Source: Planctomycetota bacterium
GTDB taxonomy: Bacteria > Planctomycetota > Planctomycetia > Pirellulales > UBA1268
Direction: 5' to 3'
Assembly: GCA_037129495.1 (NCBI GenBank)
Contig: JBAXUW010000004.1
Location: 1 to 50,568 of the forward strand
DNA: 50,568 nt
The notes under the pieces: model-generated
Seen by the model: the letters and a program-made list of their open reading frames with translations, nothing else
Databases searched by the model: none
Told to the model about the DNA's origin: nothing
Shown: positions 48,092 to 50,568 of the stretch, piece by piece
Layout of the letters: every line of letters starts with the position of its first letter
Position numbering within the stretch: the first letter of the stretch is position 1
Made by a program: the position numbers and the translations under genes

Positions 48092-50568
48092 ATGAAAAAC
48101 GTGTTGTGTTGCTTGCTGGGAGTCGTGGCTGCCGCTACGGCCGTTCATGCCGACGAGGGGATGTGGCTCTTCAGCCACCCGCCGCTTGAGCGACTGGGGC
48201 GGGACCATGCCGCTGCTCTCAAGGGTAAAAATCTCTCGCCCGAGTGGCTGACCCACCTGCAGCAGTCGTCGGTCAGGTTTAATTCAGGCGGCTCGGGGTC
48301 GTTTGTCTCAGCCGACGGCCTCGTGCTCACCAACCACCACGTCGGCGCTGATAGCCTGCAGAAGTTTGGCGACGCGACGCACAACTATTACCGGGATGGG
48401 TTTGCTGCGGCCACGCGGGCCGACGAACTCAAGTGCCACGATCTTGAGCTCAACGTTTTAATCTCGATCGAAGACGTCACCGCCCGCGTGCAGGCGGCGG
48501 TCGCGGCCGGCATGAGCCCCACCGACGCGTTTGCGGCCCGGCGGAAAGTGATGGCGGAGATCGAAAAAGAGTCGCTGGCCGCAACCGGTCTGCGGAGCGA
48601 CGTGGTCACGCTCCATCAGGGCGGCCTCTACCATCTCTATCGAGCCAAGAAATATACCGATGTGCGGCTCGTCTTCGCGCCGGAACAGCAGATCGCATTT
48701 TTTGGTGGCGATGCTGACAACTTCGAGTTTCCGCGGTTTAACCTCGACTGCTGCTTCTTCCGGGCATATGAGAATGGCCAGCCAGCGCGGGTGCCGCACC
48801 ATCTGGTCTGGAGTCGGCAGCCGGTCGTCGCCGGTGAGTTGGTCTTTGTCTCCGGCCATCCGGGCCACACCGACCGCGCCAGCACCGTCCGTGAACTGCT
48901 CGCGATGCGGGACCGGCAGCTGCCATTTTCACTTGCTATGCTGAACCGTCTGGAGACGATGCTGAGCGCCTACAGTGAACAGGGCCCCGAAGAGAAGCGG
49001 CAGGCGCTGGGCGATCTCTTTGGCGTGCAAAATAGCCGAAAGGCTCGGGAAGGCATTCTGGCGGGGCTGCTCGACCCAAAGTTTATCGGGAGGAAACAAC
49101 TGGCGGAGGAGAAGCTGCGGGTCTTGACCGACAAGCCAGCCGTGACGGCAGCAGCGGCCGCGCGGTCGTCGCCATTTGAAAGGATCGAAAAGGCCGAGGA
49201 TGAGATCGCCCGGGTCGCTCTGCGACACAACCTTCTGGAGGCCGCGATCGGCTTCAACAGCCAGTATTTCGGCAACGCCCGCACGATCCTCCGGGCCACC
49301 GCCGAGGCAGCCAAGCCCAGCGGCGAGCGGCTCCGCGAATACCGCGACTCAAACCGTGCGTCGCTGGAGCTATCTCTCTTCTCCGACGAGCCAATCTACG
49401 ACGCCTTTGAGATCGTGAAGCTGGCTGACTCCCTCACTTTTCTGGCGACGGCGCTGGGGCCGAGTGATCCGCTCGTGCAACGGGTGCTGGCAGAAGAATC
49501 ACCCCGCGAGCGGGCAGCAGAATTAGTCCGCGGCACCGGGCTCGGAAAGCGGGGCGGGCCGAACACAGCCACCACGCCCGCCGACACGCGACGGGCCCTC
49601 TATGACGGTGGCCAGGCGGCGGTTGCGGCGTCTCGCGATCCGATGCTCGCGCTTGCACGGATTGTGGATGAAGAATCGCAGAGTCTGCGGAAGGTCGTCG
49701 AGGCGGCCGCGGAGAGCAAGCGGCAGGCGCATGCCGAGATCACGCAGGCCGTCTTTCAAAGCGCAGGCGAGGGTGTCTATCCTGATGCCACATTCACGCT
49801 CCGACTCGCCTACGGCACGGTGAAGGGCTACGAAGAAGAAGGGCAGTTCATCGCCCCGATCACGACCTATGCCGGTCTCTTCGAGCGGTCGACAACCAAA
49901 CAAAACGCGCCGCCGTTTGACCTGCCGCTCCGGTGGCAGAAGCTTCGACCAGAGCTCGAACGTGATGCGGCTTTTTTGAAGACGCCGTTTAACTTCGTCT
50001 CGACGGCCGACATCATCGGCGGCAACTCAGGGAGCCCGGTTGTGAATCCAGCCGGCGAACTGGTGGGCCTGATCTTCGACGGCAATATTCAGTCGCTCGT
50101 GCTCGACATCACCTACGACGCGACGCAGGCCCGCGCCGTGTCGGTCGATGCTGCGGGCATCCTGGCGGCGCTCAAAAAGGTCTACCGGGCCGACGGCTTG
50201 GTGGCAGAACTCTCCGTGGCGCCAGAACGCTCGGGCCCCGCAGGCGACGCCAAGGCAGCCGCTGCGGGCGATGCGGTCTGGGAATCGCTCTTCGATGGGC
50301 TGACGCTCGGCGAATGGAAGCCGACGAAGTTTGGCGGCGAGGGGGAGGTGGTGGTCGAAAAGGAGGCGATTCGGATCGGGATGGGAGCCGACATGAGTGG
50401 CATCACGTGGTCGGCTGCTGCGCCACGGCAGAGCTATGAAATCGCGTTGGATGCCCAGCGGGCCGATGGAAACGATTTTTTCTGTGGCCTGACGTTTCCG
50501 GTGGGAGACGATCCTTGCAGTCTCATCGTGGGCGGCTGGGGGGGTGGGGTTGTTGGGCTGTCAAATAT
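48092..50568 (+). CDS. S46 dipeptidyl peptidase (DPP7-type) fused to a C-terminal DUF1080 domain; truncated by window end
   Basis: Not in the ORF track (no stop in window). Signal peptide then DEGMW, GGSGSFVS..GLVLTNHHV, YPDATFTLRL, DIIGGNSGSP, GLIFDGN; in-frame continuation WESLFDG...FGGEGEV...DFFCGLTFPV. Confidence 0.9.
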   Translation, partial: MKNVLCCLLGVVAAATAVHADEGMWLFSHPPLERLGRDHAAALKGKNLSPEWLTHLQQSSVRFNSGGSGSFVSADGLVLTNHHVGADSLQKFGDATHNYYRDGFAAATRADELKCHDLELNVLISIEDVTARVQAAVAAGMSPTDAFAARRKVMAEIEKESLAATGLRSDVVTLHQGGLYHLYRAKKYTDVRLVFAPEQQIAFFGGDADNFEFPRFNLDCCFFRAYENGQPARVPHHLVWSRQPVVAGELVFVSGHPGHTDRASTVRELLAMRDRQLPFSLAMLNRLETMLSAYSEQGPEEKRQALGDLFGVQNSRKAREGILAGLLDPKFIGRKQLAEEKLRVLTDKPAVTAAAAARSSPFERIEKAEDEIARVALRHNLLEAAIGFNSQYFGNARTILRATAEAAKPSGERLREYRDSNRASLELSLFSDEPIYDAFEIVKLADSLTFLATALGPSDPLVQRVLAEESPRERAAELVRGTGLGKRGGPNTATTPADTRRALYDGGQAAVAASRDPMLALARIVDEESQSLRKVVEAAAESKRQAHAEITQAVFQSAGEGVYPDATFTLRLAYGTVKGYEEEGQFIAPITTYAGLFERSTTKQNAPPFDLPLRWQKLRPELERDAAFLKTPFNFVSTADIIGGNSGSPVVNPAGELVGLIFDGNIQSLVLDITYDATQARAVSVDAAGILAALKKVYRADGLVAELSVAPERSGPAGDAKAAAAGDAVWESLFDGLTLGEWKPTKFGGEGEVVVEKEAIRIGMGADMSGITWSAAAPRQSYEIALDAQRADGNDFFCGLTFPVGDDPCSLIVGGWGGGVVGLSN

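Overview
GC-rich, mostly housekeeping chromosomal window, very likely from a Planctomycetota (Pirellulales-like) bacterium. This is inferred from lineage-typical families (membrane-anchored prenyltransferase/squalene-oxidase repeat, DUF1570, YdjY, DUF1080). Recognisable content: initiator tRNA-Met, trmL, ispG-rimO-pgsA-CPBP protease, LpxL-like/Rieske/GNAT genes, phoD, a divergent murE-murB-ftsQ mini-cluster, tsaE, thiL, two HtrA proteases, cinA, chdC/hemQ, yggS, selO, greA, rpoD, dnaG, comM, and an S46 peptidase fused to DUF1080 that runs off the window end. The most notable item is a compact four-gene type VII-like locus (26.7-32.2 kb): two WXG100-fold proteins with W-x-D turns, a helical partner and a membrane-anchored FtsK/SpoIIIE ATPase, in a diderm and with no other recognisable T7SS genes nearby. 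Also notable are a dispersed two-component REP/BIME-like repeat (at least 8 sites), Mur enzymes with altered catalytic residues, and a decayed pocket with PEP-CTERM and CoA-ligase pseudogenes. No CRISPR array, rRNA, integrase or transposase was seen. All calls come from motif recognition by eye, and start codons are estimates.
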